From contig CAWFJP010000011.1 of assembly GCA_963816145.1 (NCBI GenBank), positions 416,001 to 480,000 of the forward strand: DNA of 64,000 nt, given 5' to 3'. A model generated the notes under the pieces. That model worked only from the letters and a program-made list of their open reading frames with translations. It did no database searches and was not told the origin of the DNA. Numbering within the stretch: the first letter of the stretch is position 1; every line of letters begins with the position of its first letter. Origin of the DNA: an uncultured delta proteobacterium (GTDB lineage Bacteria > Desulfobacterota > Binatia > UBA9968). Positions 20,060-30,197 of this stretch are shown here, in pieces. A program made the translations under genes and the position numbers.

Positions 20060-20893
20060 CTAACCTTTAGCCGCGATAAATCCGCTGACGATATCGATGA
20101 AACGCATCGTTTCCGGCTCACTCGGCGACGGCACCATGCGATGCTCCGGCAGGCCGGCGAACGTATCCACTTCGATCGGGCCACCGCGTTTACGATAGGA
20201 TGCGATAAAGCGTTCCTGCATTTCCAGCGGATGATTCTTGTCGTCTTTTTTGAGCAAGAACAAAATCGGTGGCAGTTCGATCTGCGCGTCATGCTCGATA
20301 ATCGTCTGTGGGCTACCTTCGGCCATCGCTTCTTCGGTGCCCCAGTAATCGATATGGGCTTGAATATGTTGTTGGTTGTCGATCCGTTTGGCGTACTTGA
20401 AGCGATAGAGCGGACAAATCACCGGCCAGGCGGCGACGACATAGGCGACGCTGGCGTCGATGGCAGAATGATTTGCCAGCGGCAGCGTCGAATAAGCGGC
20501 GTGGCGCGGCCGCAGCGCGCTCAGCACCACTTGATGGCCGCCGCTGGAATTGCCGAATGCGCCGACAGTGGCGGTGCCATTGAACTCCGCGGCATGCGCC
20601 TTGAGCCAGCGAATAGCCAAGTTGACATCGCAGATTGACGCCGGATAACCCGCCTCCGGCGGCTGGCGGAAATCGATCGCCGCCACGAGGATGCCCTTGG
20701 CCGCCAGTGCGCGATCGACACCGGCGTTGTTCAGCCGATCGCCGTTGTGCCACGCGCCGCCGTGCACGTCGACGATGGTCGGAAACGGGCCGGCCCCCTT
20801 GGGTCGATAGATACGCGCGAGCCAAGGCTTGCCTGCCAGTCGTTGATACTCGACATCCTGCTCCGCGACTTCGTATTCGTTGTGGTTGGCCAT
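20060..20893 (-). CDS. Alpha/beta hydrolase (HSL-like esterase/lipase)
   Basis: HGGAW oxyanion motif and GNSSGG nucleophile motif. Confidence 0.88.
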   Translation of the reverse strand: MANHNEYEVAEQDVEYQRLAGKPWLARIYRPKGAGPFPTIVDVHGGAWHNGDRLNNAGVDRALAAKGILVAAIDFRQPPEAGYPASICDVNLAIRWLKAHAAEFNGTATVGAFGNSSGGHQVVLSALRPRHAAYSTLPLANHSAIDASVAYVVAAWPVICPLYRFKYAKRIDNQQHIQAHIDYWGTEEAMAEGSPQTIIEHDAQIELPPILFLLKKDDKNHPLEMQERFIASYRKRGGPIEVDTFAGLPEHRMVPSPSEPETMRFIDIVSGFIAAKG

Positions 20894-21170
20894 GGCGGGA
20901 ATCTACCGCCGTGCAGAGTCAATGTGCAAGTCCCGCAAACGACCGCCCCTTAGAAATTGCACAACCACTTTAGTTGCCATCGGCGCATTTCACCTCCACC
21001 CCTCGCGACAAATTCGATCGCAATGTTTTTTAACCCGCTACCTGCGTTGGCTTGACAATCGGCGAGGTATTTTCGTTCAAGCTACCAGCGAGCTTCATTG
21101 CGCCATGCTATAGTAATTTGCAGGAGCAGACGCGAAAGCGACAAAATTGAAGGATAAAAACCTTCCGAAT

Positions 21171-22734
21171 ATGAATATCAAAGAATTAGTCTTGACGCCG
21201 GCCGAAGCCTTCGACGAAGCCCTGTTCATTCCGACGTTGTATAAAAAACTTGCCCTGCCGAGTAATGGTAGTCGGGTCGTCGTGCCGCTCAAGCGCTCGG
21301 TGGATGCGCGCGGTCGTAACATAGTCGTCCGACTGCAATACGACATCGTCGAACGCACCAGCTTGCGGCCGCGGCGCACCAAGGACTACCCTTCGGTACA
21401 TGGCAAAGAGCCGGTCGTCATCATCGGTTCCGGTCCCGCCGGAATGTTTGCCGCACTCCGCTTGATCGAACTGGGCTATAAACCGATCGTGCTCGAGCGC
21501 GGCAAGGACGTGCAAGCACGCCGCTACGATCTCGCCGCCATCAACAGAGCACATATCGTCAATCCGGACTCGAATTATTGCTTCGGCGAAGGCGGCGCGG
21601 GCACTTATTCCGACGGCAAATTATATACCCGCTCCAAGAAACGCGGCGATGTCCAGCGCATCCTGGAAATCCTGGTCGCGCACGGCGCCAAGGATGACAT
21701 CCTCTTCGACGCCCACCCGCATATCGGCACCAACAAGCTGCCCAAGCTCGTCGCCGAACTGCGCGAAGAGCATCAAACAGGCAGGCGGAGAAATTTATTT
21801 CCAAACCCGCGTGACCGATTTTTTGCTCGCCGGAAACGAACTAAAAGGCGTGCGCACGCAGCAGAGCGATGTCATCGAAGGCCGAGCGACGATTTTGGCC
21901 ACCGGCCACTCCGCCCGGGATATTTTTCATTTACTGAACGACAGAAAAATCCTGATCGAACCCAAACCCTTTGCCTTGGGTGTGCGGGTCGAGCATCGGC
22001 AGCGGCTGATCGATAGCATTCAATACCATTGCCAGGGAGACCGAGGGCCGTATCTGCCCGCCGCCGCTTACGCCCTGGTGCATCAGGCCAAAATCAATGG
22101 CAAGGACAAAGGGGTGTTCTCGTTTTGCATGTGCCCCGGCGGCTTTATCGTCCCCGCTGCGACTGCGCCCGGCGAGTTGGTCGTCAACGGCATGAGCCCT
22201 TCGCAAAGAAACGCCCGCTTCGCCAACTCCGGTATAGTGGTCGCGGTGGATGAAAACGATTACCGGCATCTGCACCGCTTCGGTCCACTCGCCGCCATGC
22301 AGTTTCAGGCGGAAGTCGAACAAAAAGCCTGGGCCATCGCCGGCAAGACCCAGACAGCTCCGGCCCAGCGGCTGAGCGATTTCGTCGCTGGACGAGAGTC
22401 GTCGAGTTTGCTCGCGACTTCGTACCATCCCGGCCTAACCGCAGTCGATATGCGCGCCTTCCTCCCCGAGTTTATCGCTGATGCACTCCGTCAGGGCTTC
22501 AAAAGCTTCGGACAAAAAATGCCGGGATATCTTACCAATGACGCCCAGATCATCGGCGTCGAAAGCCGAACCTCTTCGCCGGTGCGCGTCCCGCGCGATA
22601 AGACCACCTTGCGGCACCCGCAGATCGTTAATTTGTTTCCCTGCGGCGAAGGCGCCGGTTATGCCGGCGGTATCGTCTCGGCAGCCATGGACGGCGAGCG
22701 CTGTGCCGAAGCCGCTGTGCGGATGTTGCAGTAA
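21171..22734 (+). pseudogene. NAD(P)/FAD-dependent oxidoreductase split by a +1 frameshift near 21768 (or a sequencing error)
   Basis: ORF 21147-22016 has GSGPAG, GEGGAGTYSDGKL, PHIGTNKL; ORF 21649-22734 continues with LATGHSARD, FCMCPGG, ESRTSSPVR, PCGEGAGYAGGIVSAAMDG. Confidence 0.8.
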
Positions 22735-22762
22735 ACTGGCTGTGGTTTCACTCTAATCTATC

Positions 22763-22792
22763 GGCTTTCCTGCTGAAGTGAGCAGGAAAGCC
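22763..22792. terminator. Perfect 12-bp hairpin after the oxidoreductase (no U-tract)
   Basis: GGCTTTCCTGCT-gaagtg-AGCAGGAAAGCC. Confidence 0.5.
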
Positions 22793-22808
22793 CTCATCCG
22801 AAACCCAC

Positions 22809-22836
22809 TTGACTGAAAGAACGTCAGAAGTAGGAT
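22809..22836 (+). promoter_or_regulatory. Putative sigma-70 promoter for the 23012 SBP gene
   Basis: TTGACT-N16-TAGGAT. Confidence 0.4.
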
Positions 22837-23011
22837 ACGCCGCATCCGGCAGGGCTGATATCGCGCTGCTCGTTACGACCGACGGTGATGAAGCGCATCC
22901 AGCGATCTATCAGTAACGCGTGCTGAAAATCCTGCTCGGCGAAAAATTAATATGATCTGATCCGCGTGTCGCAATTTATCGAACTGGCCCAAACGCGAAA
23001 GGATCCGTTTT

Positions 23012-23995
23012 ATGAATTACCAAAAGAACATGTGGAGTATTTTTCTTGGCTTAGGGCTTGCGCTCTGCGCCGCGCGTTCCAGCGCCGCGGCTGAAACTGT
23101 CCGGGTCGCCTATCCGTCGCTCAACACCTCGGTTTTCTGCATCATCATCGCCGACAAAGAAGGTTATCTCAAAGAAGAAGGTATCGACGTGCAGCTCCTG
23201 AGCATTCGCGGCGAGATCGCAATCCGGACCGCGCTCGCGGGCGAGATCGACTACTTCACGAATGCCGGCAGCGCGCTCGCCGCCGCGGTGAGAAACGTGC
23301 CGGTGAAAATTTTGACCGTGTTTCAGGACCGGCCGGCCTGGGATCTCATCGCCCAGCCAAACATCAAGTCGATCGAACAGCTGCGCGGGACCAATATTGC
23401 CATCATGTCTCCCGAAGGTTCCCTCGCGGTGGTGGCAAGAGATATTCTCAGGAAACATGGCTTGGACCCGGCCAAAGATGTGAATCTGATCGTCATGGGA
23501 AACGACGCGGTGCGCTTTCCCGCCTTGCAATCTAAATCCATCGACGCGACTCTATTTAACACCTCCATGAGCATCGCAGCGCAAAAGGAAGGCTTTGCCA
23601 AGCTGGCGAATGCCGGTGACTACGCGACGCTGATTCAAGGCGGCATCGCCGCGGCGACGACAAAGGTCAATGAAAACCCGCAAAAGCACGCCCGCTTCAT
23701 CCGCGCCAGCCTGAAAGGACTGCACTTTTTCTTGGATAAGCGGGAGCCCGCAATCAAATACATGATGGACGCGCTCAAAATGAAGGATCGCGCGCTTGCC
23801 AACGAAATTTACGATGTGGAGTCCAAACTCTTGCTCCGCGACGGTTATAGTGACGAGAAAGTTCTCCGCGGCATGATCGACGCGATGAAAAAGACCACCA
23901 AAGTGAAACGTGACATCAAAGTAACCGACATTTTCGAATTGGGCTTCGTCAAGAAAGCGGCGGCGGAGCTCAACGCGAGCGGCTGGAAGCCATAG
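23012..23995 (+). CDS. ABC transporter substrate-binding protein (SsuA/NMT1-like)
   Basis: Signal peptide; ADKEGYLKEEGIDV, ALAGEIDY, IEQLRG. Confidence 0.85.
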   Translation: MNYQKNMWSIFLGLGLALCAARSSAAAETVRVAYPSLNTSVFCIIIADKEGYLKEEGIDVQLLSIRGEIAIRTALAGEIDYFTNAGSALAAAVRNVPVKILTVFQDRPAWDLIAQPNIKSIEQLRGTNIAIMSPEGSLAVVARDILRKHGLDPAKDVNLIVMGNDAVRFPALQSKSIDATLFNTSMSIAAQKEGFAKLANAGDYATLIQGGIAAATTKVNENPQKHARFIRASLKGLHFFLDKREPAIKYMMDALKMKDRALANEIYDVESKLLLRDGYSDEKVLRGMIDAMKKTTKVKRDIKVTDIFELGFVKKAAAELNASGWKP

Positions 23996-24216
23996 CCCGT
24001 AATTCGAGATCTCGGCGTTAGGATTTCTAACTGTGGCTTTACCCGCCCCGTTAGCGTGACTGCCGCAGTGCGAAAATGACAAGGCCGCCGGACTGGCGCT
24101 TGGGAATTACGTTGTCCGACTGGAACAGACGGAGCTTTTCCGCGAGGCGGGGCCGTAGACACTAGGCTGCGATCATGCCACATGGCCGGCGATGTCCCTA
24201 GGGCGAAATACGACCT

Positions 24217-25002
24217 ATGAGTAAAACCATTCATTGGTTGACTCTGTTTGCCGTTGTTCTCAGTGTCGTCGTTGGCCTGTACCTGTGGCGAGCGAGCGAG
24301 ACGCCGGCACCGCAGTTAACGCAGCCGCCAACGGCTTCTCCGCCGAAGGAACCGGCGATCCGCTATCCGATCGAGGCGGCCGGGCCAGCGCAGGAGACCG
24401 ACGAGCCGTTACCGGCGCTGGCTGACAGCGACAAGGCTATGCAGGACGCGTTGGCGAAACTGTTCGGCCGGAATTTGGAAAAGTTTTTCAATCTGCAAGG
24501 GATCATTCATCGCCTGGTGGCCACGGTCGACAATTTGCCGCTAGGACATTTGCCAGCGCAGCTACTGCCGGTGAAATCTGTGCCGGGCTGGTTAGTCACG
24601 ACGGCCAAGGACGGCGAGCTCAGCATAAGCCCGAAGAACGCGGCGCGCTACCAGCCTTATGTACGATTTGCGAAGTCGGTGCCGATCGCGCCGCTGGTGG
24701 CGGTATACATAAGGTTTTACCCGCTGTTCCAGGAGCAGTACGAGAAGCTGGGCTACCCCGACAAGTACTTTAACGACCGACTGGTCCAGGTAATCGACCA
24801 TCTGCTGGCGACACCCGAAGTGAAAGGCCCCGTGCTGCTGACCCAGACCACCGTACTTTATCAGTTCACCGATCCAGAACTGGAGAAGTTATCGGCGGGG
24901 CAGAAAATTCTCGTGCGTATGGGCGGCGAGAACGCTGCCTTAGTAAAGACAAAACTCACAGAGATTCGAAGCGCCTTAGTGGCAAACCCGCCCAAGGGAT
25001 GA
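24217..25002 (+). CDS. DUF3014 domain protein
   Basis: N-terminal TM; LPALADSD, VATVDNL, NAARYQPYV, YPLFQEQYEKLGYPDKYFNDRL, LSAGQKILVRMG. Confidence 0.8.
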   Translation: MSKTIHWLTLFAVVLSVVVGLYLWRASETPAPQLTQPPTASPPKEPAIRYPIEAAGPAQETDEPLPALADSDKAMQDALAKLFGRNLEKFFNLQGIIHRLVATVDNLPLGHLPAQLLPVKSVPGWLVTTAKDGELSISPKNAARYQPYVRFAKSVPIAPLVAVYIRFYPLFQEQYEKLGYPDKYFNDRLVQVIDHLLATPEVKGPVLLTQTTVLYQFTDPELEKLSAGQKILVRMGGENAALVKTKLTEIRSALVANPPKG

Positions 25003-25335
25003 TCGCAACTCGCAACTACATAAGCGGTGCGCATGTTGCAATGACTTGTCTAAAATTTGCAGCGCGCCCTTTAAACACCCGCGCTTAATCGACAGATAAA
25101 ACTATTCCAACACACCATTTTGACCTCGTTTAGCGCGCCCGCCAAAATTTAAATCGTCAAGGAAACATTTACCGCGTAAAAATTACCCGCAAAAAGTCCT
25201 CGTCGAGTAACCCTACACACTTCAACTTACCCATTTTAGGCGGATACTTAGAAGTCGATTCCGTCCAACGCAGGTATTTTCATACAGATCAGTTATGGCC
25301 CAATGGCTGAGCGGTCAATCAAAAGGCGCCTAAAT

Positions 25336-25380
25336 TTGGCGTACTTAGGTAGGACTTACGCCAAGTGGTACGGCCCTTGC
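25336..25380 (+). promoter_or_regulatory. Putative sigma-54 promoter with an abutting 8-bp inverted repeat
   Basis: TTGGCGTA-N13-TACGCCAA followed by TGGTACGGCCCTTGC (GG-N10-GC). Confidence 0.5.
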
Positions 25381-25622
25381 GGTATCTCTCGATAGAAAGC
25401 GAAACCACAAAACACCAATTCGGAGGGTGGCAAGCTTGAATAGCGAATCATAGTTAAGACACTTTCCCGCCGCGTTCTCAGCGGAGTTCATGGCATAGCG
25501 ATCGAGGAGCAATCGGCGATGACTGAAAAAATCGTCGCGTTGGAAAAGTGCGCCTACTGCTCTTGTAAGTGTGTCGGCGCTATCGAGCGCTAAATCAAAA
25601 TCAATCGGTGATGGAGGACAAA

Positions 25623-25817
25623 ATGAACCGACAACTAACATCGGAAACCACTCTCGGCGATCTGATCTACGCATTGACCGAAGAGGTGCGGCGCGACATC
25701 TGCGACGAAAAGCAGGTTTATGAGATCGTTGCCGATTTGCTCGCGGGCATGACCACATCGCACGGCAAGATCAACTATTCCGACAGTCCAATGGAACTGG
25801 CGCGACTGGCATCTTAG
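25623..25817 (+). CDS. Small hypothetical protein
   Basis: GGAGG RBS; MNRQLTSETTLGDLIYALTEEV.. Confidence 0.55.
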   Translation: MNRQLTSETTLGDLIYALTEEVRRDICDEKQVYEIVADLLAGMTTSHGKINYSDSPMELARLAS

Positions 25818-25875
25818 CCGGCTGACAGCATGAGCACCGGCATGCATCGGCAAGAACAGATCGGAGGAAAAACAA

Positions 25876-26247
25876 ATGAAAACATTTTTAACCAAGACCA
25901 TAATCACGACGCTAGTCTTGCTGTCGTTCACGACGCTCCCAGCAAGCGCGCTGAACGCGGAAGAGAATTGGCAGGCTCTCGACGGTTTTACGCCGGTGCC
26001 GAGCAAAATGATCCGATTCAGCGAAGACTATGTCGTGATCCCATACGTCAATCGCGAACAATCGTTGATGGCGGCAGTATTTTTCGCCGCCACCTGCGAT
26101 ATCGCGAGCTGTGAGCTGGAGCGGCGCGCCGGCTACGCGATCTCCAATGCCGAGGGCTCCGACGTAAAACTGTACATCGATCCGCGCGACCGCGCGCTGA
26201 TCGCCCTGGTGCATCAATTTAGCTTGACCAGACTCGATCGCGACTAA
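25876..26247 (+). CDS. Secreted hypothetical protein
   Basis: GGAGG RBS; signal peptide ending in ASA. Confidence 0.6.
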   Translation: MKTFLTKTIITTLVLLSFTTLPASALNAEENWQALDGFTPVPSKMIRFSEDYVVIPYVNREQSLMAAVFFAATCDIASCELERRAGYAISNAEGSDVKLYIDPRDRALIALVHQFSLTRLDRD

Positions 26248-26269
26248 CTTCAAGAGAAAGGATGATTTT

Positions 26270-26623
26270 ATGAAGAACCCTCGAACGGCTCCGAAAAAGA
26301 CGGCCTTTCTACTCACGGCAACCCTGCTGTTCGGCGGCTGCGCCAGCGGCTCTCTGACCACTAGAGAAAAAGGCGCCGGCATCGGCGCGCTGGGTGGCGC
26401 CGCTGTCGGCGGCATCATCGGGTCGGCGGTCGGACATCCAGCCGCCGGTGCCGCCATTGGCGGCGGCCTCGGCTTAGGCACCGGCGCCTTGATCGGCGAT
26501 CAAATCCAGGGCCAGGATAACCAGAACTCCCGACAAGACAGCGAGATTCGTAACAACCAGGCAGAGATCGATCGGCAGCGTTACGAGTTGGAAAGGCTGC
26601 GGCGCGAGCGCGGCGAGTATTAG
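26270..26623 (+). CDS. Glycine-zipper lipoprotein
   Basis: Lipobox FGGC; GAGIGALGGAAVGGIIG..GAAIGGGLGLGTGALIG; coiled-coil tail. Confidence 0.82.
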   Translation: MKNPRTAPKKTAFLLTATLLFGGCASGSLTTREKGAGIGALGGAAVGGIIGSAVGHPAAGAAIGGGLGLGTGALIGDQIQGQDNQNSRQDSEIRNNQAEIDRQRYELERLRRERGEY

Positions 26624-27112
26624 TCGGTAGTTTCGTCGCGGACCGGTGTTTGGGCACCAAACCAGACCGAGGTTTGGCGTCCAGCAGTCATTTAACTGAT
26701 ATCCAACGTTTCGGCCTTCATGACATCGGGCAATCTAGTCAAATTCCGCCTCAGCCCGATTCGACGCGGCGGGAGGATTTATGCGAACCATTTCAGACAG
26801 CCTTGTGTTATCTTTTTTGCTATTGCGCGCATCAAAGGGCGCTGTGGCGGAGCGCGTCGCCGATAGCGTCTTGTTCGCCCTGTTTGTCCTCAGTGTCTTG
26901 TTCCGTGGTTCGGCGCGGCTGGACAATGCGAACTAGCAACCGCTTCTCGACAGGATATGGCAATCACTCGGTGAAATATCGAGTATTGGCGGCTCGGCTG
27001 GGATGTTTTGCTGTGGAGAATCTCGCAGATGAGGGTTAGCGCTGGAGTGCTTGCCACTACTCAGACTCGCTACCGTCACTGCAAAAATTTAATTTCGCTG
27101 ACATAGCGACCG

Positions 27113-27436
27113 CTATTTAACTTCAAGACTGTTGACGACGCTCTGCACGCCGCGCACTTCCCAGGCGAGCTTGATCGCTTGCTGGCGCGCATCGAGAGAA
27201 TGCACGAGCCCGCTCAGGTAGACGGTCCCGTTGTTTGACACCACCTTGATGCCGGATAGATCCACTTTCTTATCCGCGAGCAGCCGATCCATCACGGATT
27301 TTGACAGCGCCTGATCTTGCGCCGTTTCCACAGCCGGAATTGCCACCGTGGTTTCGGGCTGCGTGGTTTGGCAACCGAACCCAAACGGCAGCATTGATAA
27401 AGCAGCGAAGAGAACAATTTGCTTAGTAAATCGCAT
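27113..27436 (-). CDS. BON domain lipoprotein
   Basis: Lipobox GFGC; IKVVSNNGTVYLSGLV..VRGVQSVVNSLEV. Confidence 0.85.
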   Translation of the reverse strand: MRFTKQIVLFAALSMLPFGFGCQTTQPETTVAIPAVETAQDQALSKSVMDRLLADKKVDLSGIKVVSNNGTVYLSGLVHSLDARQQAIKLAWEVRGVQSVVNSLEVK

Positions 27437-27708
27437 TCCCAACCCCCTAGCACAAATGGCAATTTCATACTAGGAACAGAAACCGCCGCCGACCAAAGAA
27501 CGTTTGGCCTGCCAACGCGCAGCCCGCGCGACAGATCACCCGACAACACCGCCCAAGCAGCCATGGATCTAGAGCGCTGTGCCGCAGCGGTTCACGTCTG
27601 TTGCAATAAGCTGCCAGCAAATTAGTCTGGACCCAATAGGCGTCTCTGCGGAAGAGGAAGCTTATCCGCAGGGAACGAAAATTAGGCGAGACCTCGCGGA
27701 GGTAAATC

Positions 27709-28425
27709 ATGCGCTACGAATTGTATTATTGGCCGGGGATACAGGGACGCGGAGAATTTATTCGGCTCGCTTTGGAAGACGCTGGTGCGGATTACGTGGA
27801 AGTAGCGCGTCAACCCCAAGGGATGGCGTCGATGTCGCGCTTAATGGAAAGCCCGTCGGTCAAGCGGCCCCCCTTCGCGCCGCCGTTTTTGAAAGCCGGC
27901 AAGCTGGTCATTGGCCAGACGGCGAACATTCTCTTATTTCTTGGCCCGCGCCTCCGACTCGCACCGAAACAAGACGCCGGCCGGCTTTGGGCGCATCAAT
28001 TACAACTGACCATCGCCGATTGGGTCGCCGAAGTGCACGACAGCCACCATCCGATCGGGGGCGGTTTGTATTACGAAGATCAAAAGCGTGAAGCCAAACG
28101 GCGGGCGGGGGATTTCACCGCCGAGCGGCTGCCGAAGTTCCTGAGTTACTTCGAACAGGTCTTAGAGCGCAACGCCAGCCGCGTGCTCGTCGGCAACGCG
28201 GTTTCCTACGTCGACCTTTCGCTCTTTCAAATGATCGAAGGGCTGCGCTATGCATTTCCCCGCGCGATGACCAAGCAAGAACGCAAACACCGGCGCGTGA
28301 TCGCGCTGCACGACCGAGTTGCAGCACGACCACGGCTCGCCAAATATCTTGCGTCCGAGCGGCGCTTGCCCTTCAATCAGGATGGGATCTTTCGCCACTA
28401 TCCCGAGTTGGACGATAGGTCGTAA
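27709..28425 (+). CDS. Glutathione S-transferase
   Basis: YELYYWPGIQGRGEFIRLALE, PFAPPFL, GQTANIL, SYVDLSLFQ. Confidence 0.9.
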   Translation: MRYELYYWPGIQGRGEFIRLALEDAGADYVEVARQPQGMASMSRLMESPSVKRPPFAPPFLKAGKLVIGQTANILLFLGPRLRLAPKQDAGRLWAHQLQLTIADWVAEVHDSHHPIGGGLYYEDQKREAKRRAGDFTAERLPKFLSYFEQVLERNASRVLVGNAVSYVDLSLFQMIEGLRYAFPRAMTKQERKHRRVIALHDRVAARPRLAKYLASERRLPFNQDGIFRHYPELDDRS

Positions 28426-28441
28426 CCTATGTCGACGGCGC

Positions 28442-28972
28442 TCACGACCGAGCATAAGCCGAGCGCCGGATTATTCCAGAATGAGGCCACGACTCGAAAA
28501 CGGGCAGCTTAAGCAGCACGGGACAGGGTAATCTCGAGATCATTTTCAGTAGCTTTCCGCGCGCCATCAGGCGGGGGAAGAACGGTTTCTTTCCATCCGC
28601 AAGCACCACCAGATCGATTCTCTCGGTATTGGCGACTTCCACAATTTTGTCCTCTTTGTTGCCGAGGACTACCCTTCTACTGATTTTCAGCCGGCCGGGG
28701 TTTCTCACAACCTCCTCGATAAATCGGTAAAGATCCAATGCTTTCTCGCGCAACAAGCGATCGAGGGGGATCCCGGCGGGACGATTTAGTGCAGGCAATC
28801 CTTCCATCACGGCCAGAAAGTCCAAGAATGTTTCCGCTTCCTTCTTTTGCGCCACGTGCAGTACTAAGAGTTCAGCTTGGGTTTCCTTGGCCAAGGAGAC
28901 CGCGTATTTGAGTCCGTCAGCGGAATCCTCCGAAAAGTTGACGGGAATAAGAATTTTTTGAACTTCGGGCAT
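28442..28972 (-). CDS. Universal stress protein
   Basis: KILIPVNFSEDS..LLVLHV..IDLVVL..LPCPVLL. Confidence 0.82.
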   Translation of the reverse strand: MPEVQKILIPVNFSEDSADGLKYAVSLAKETQAELLVLHVAQKKEAETFLDFLAVMEGLPALNRPAGIPLDRLLREKALDLYRFIEEVVRNPGRLKISRRVVLGNKEDKIVEVANTERIDLVVLADGKKPFFPRLMARGKLLKMISRLPCPVLLKLPVFESWPHSGIIRRSAYARS

Positions 28973-29068
28973 AAACCTAACCTCCTAATTGACTTAAGAA
29001 ACAACTATCCAAATCGACTACAGCCGATGACTTGAAGAAGCAGACGTTCCGGACGAGAACCGGTGAAG

Positions 29069-29434
29069 TCAGATATTGAGAACCGATTTTGAAATGTAAC
29101 GAGAGACTTTAGGTGCAAGAATCCCTAGAAATACATGTGGGACGACGATGACACTTGGCCGCGCGACGCCGGCGTTTTCACTGGTAGTTAAAAAACCTTC
29201 CGAGCGCGGCGGCAGTTCGCCATACATTTCAAGAATGAATTGGGCGGCCGTCGTCGCCGGAATATTTATTTTAGCTTTGGCGGCGCCAGCATTGTCGTGC
29301 GAGGTTGCCTTTAGCACTGCCGGAATAGGCTGTGCGCTCCGGTCGATAGCCCCGCTGGTGAAAAGGCTGGGAGAGAGAAATGCAAGGCTTAACAAAACCA
29401 ACGCAGCCAATAATATTGTCTTCACGCGTGACAT
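29069..29434 (-). CDS. Hypothetical protein
   Basis: 121-aa ORF with N-terminal hydrophobic segment; no recognised motif. Confidence 0.4.
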   Translation of the reverse strand: MSRVKTILLAALVLLSLAFLSPSLFTSGAIDRSAQPIPAVLKATSHDNAGAAKAKINIPATTAAQFILEMYGELPPRSEGFLTTSENAGVARPSVIVVPHVFLGILAPKVSRYISKSVLNI

Positions 29435-29567
29435 AAAAACATAACGATAGACTCAAGCGTAACATTGATTCGGGCGGTATCAAGACACTCAAGCCTCGAA
29501 AACAAATTGTCATCGAAATGTAACATGTCGCTCGAAACGTAAGATTATTGAGGGCAGGAACAGGGGC

Positions 29568-29866
29568 GCGGCTGCTGAAATTCCCGAGTTATTTCGAGCA
29601 CATCTTCGAGCGCAACGGCATCCGCGTGCTCGTCGGCAACACGGTCTGCTACGTCGACCTGTCGCTCTTCCAGATGATCGAAGGACCGCGCTACGCGTTT
29701 CCCCGCGCCGTGATCAAGCAGGAACGTAAACACCGGCGCCTGATCGTGCTGCGCGATCGAGTGGCGGCGCGCCCGAGGCTCGCGGCCTATCTAGCGTCCG
29801 AGCGTCGCTTGCCCTTCAATCAGGAAGAGATCTTTCGCCGCTATCCGGAGTTGGATGATCGGTCGT
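29568..29866 (+). pseudogene. Diverged copy of the 3' part of the GST gene (about 28125-28423)
   Basis: RLLKFPSYFEHIFERNGIRVLVGNTVCYVDLSLFQMIEGPRYAFPR..YPELDDRS aligns to the GST C-terminus. Confidence 0.88.
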
Positions 29867-30197
29867 GCGGCTGGTCTCAACTTCCCTGTCCAAACAAATT
29901 GGCAAAAATGCAAGCTGTCATCGTCTGACTCGATTTGTTCACACCTCGCCGCCTCTAACGCCAAAAATTTTTTCATCAGCCATCTGGCATGGCCAAAAGA
30001 ATCTGGACTTTTCTACCGCATCGCTGTAGGATTTCGGCTGCGACTTTGCAGGTTCGTTTCCGCATCTCGAGCAAACATTCATTTCGATTCGATGTGGGGC
30101 AGTCGTTTAGCCACTCGCCAGGTGGATAGTTAGATTTAGCCGTCTTTCTTTCCCGCAGCCCGTCTCCATCCTTAGCAAGCGTCGCGGTTTAAACGCC

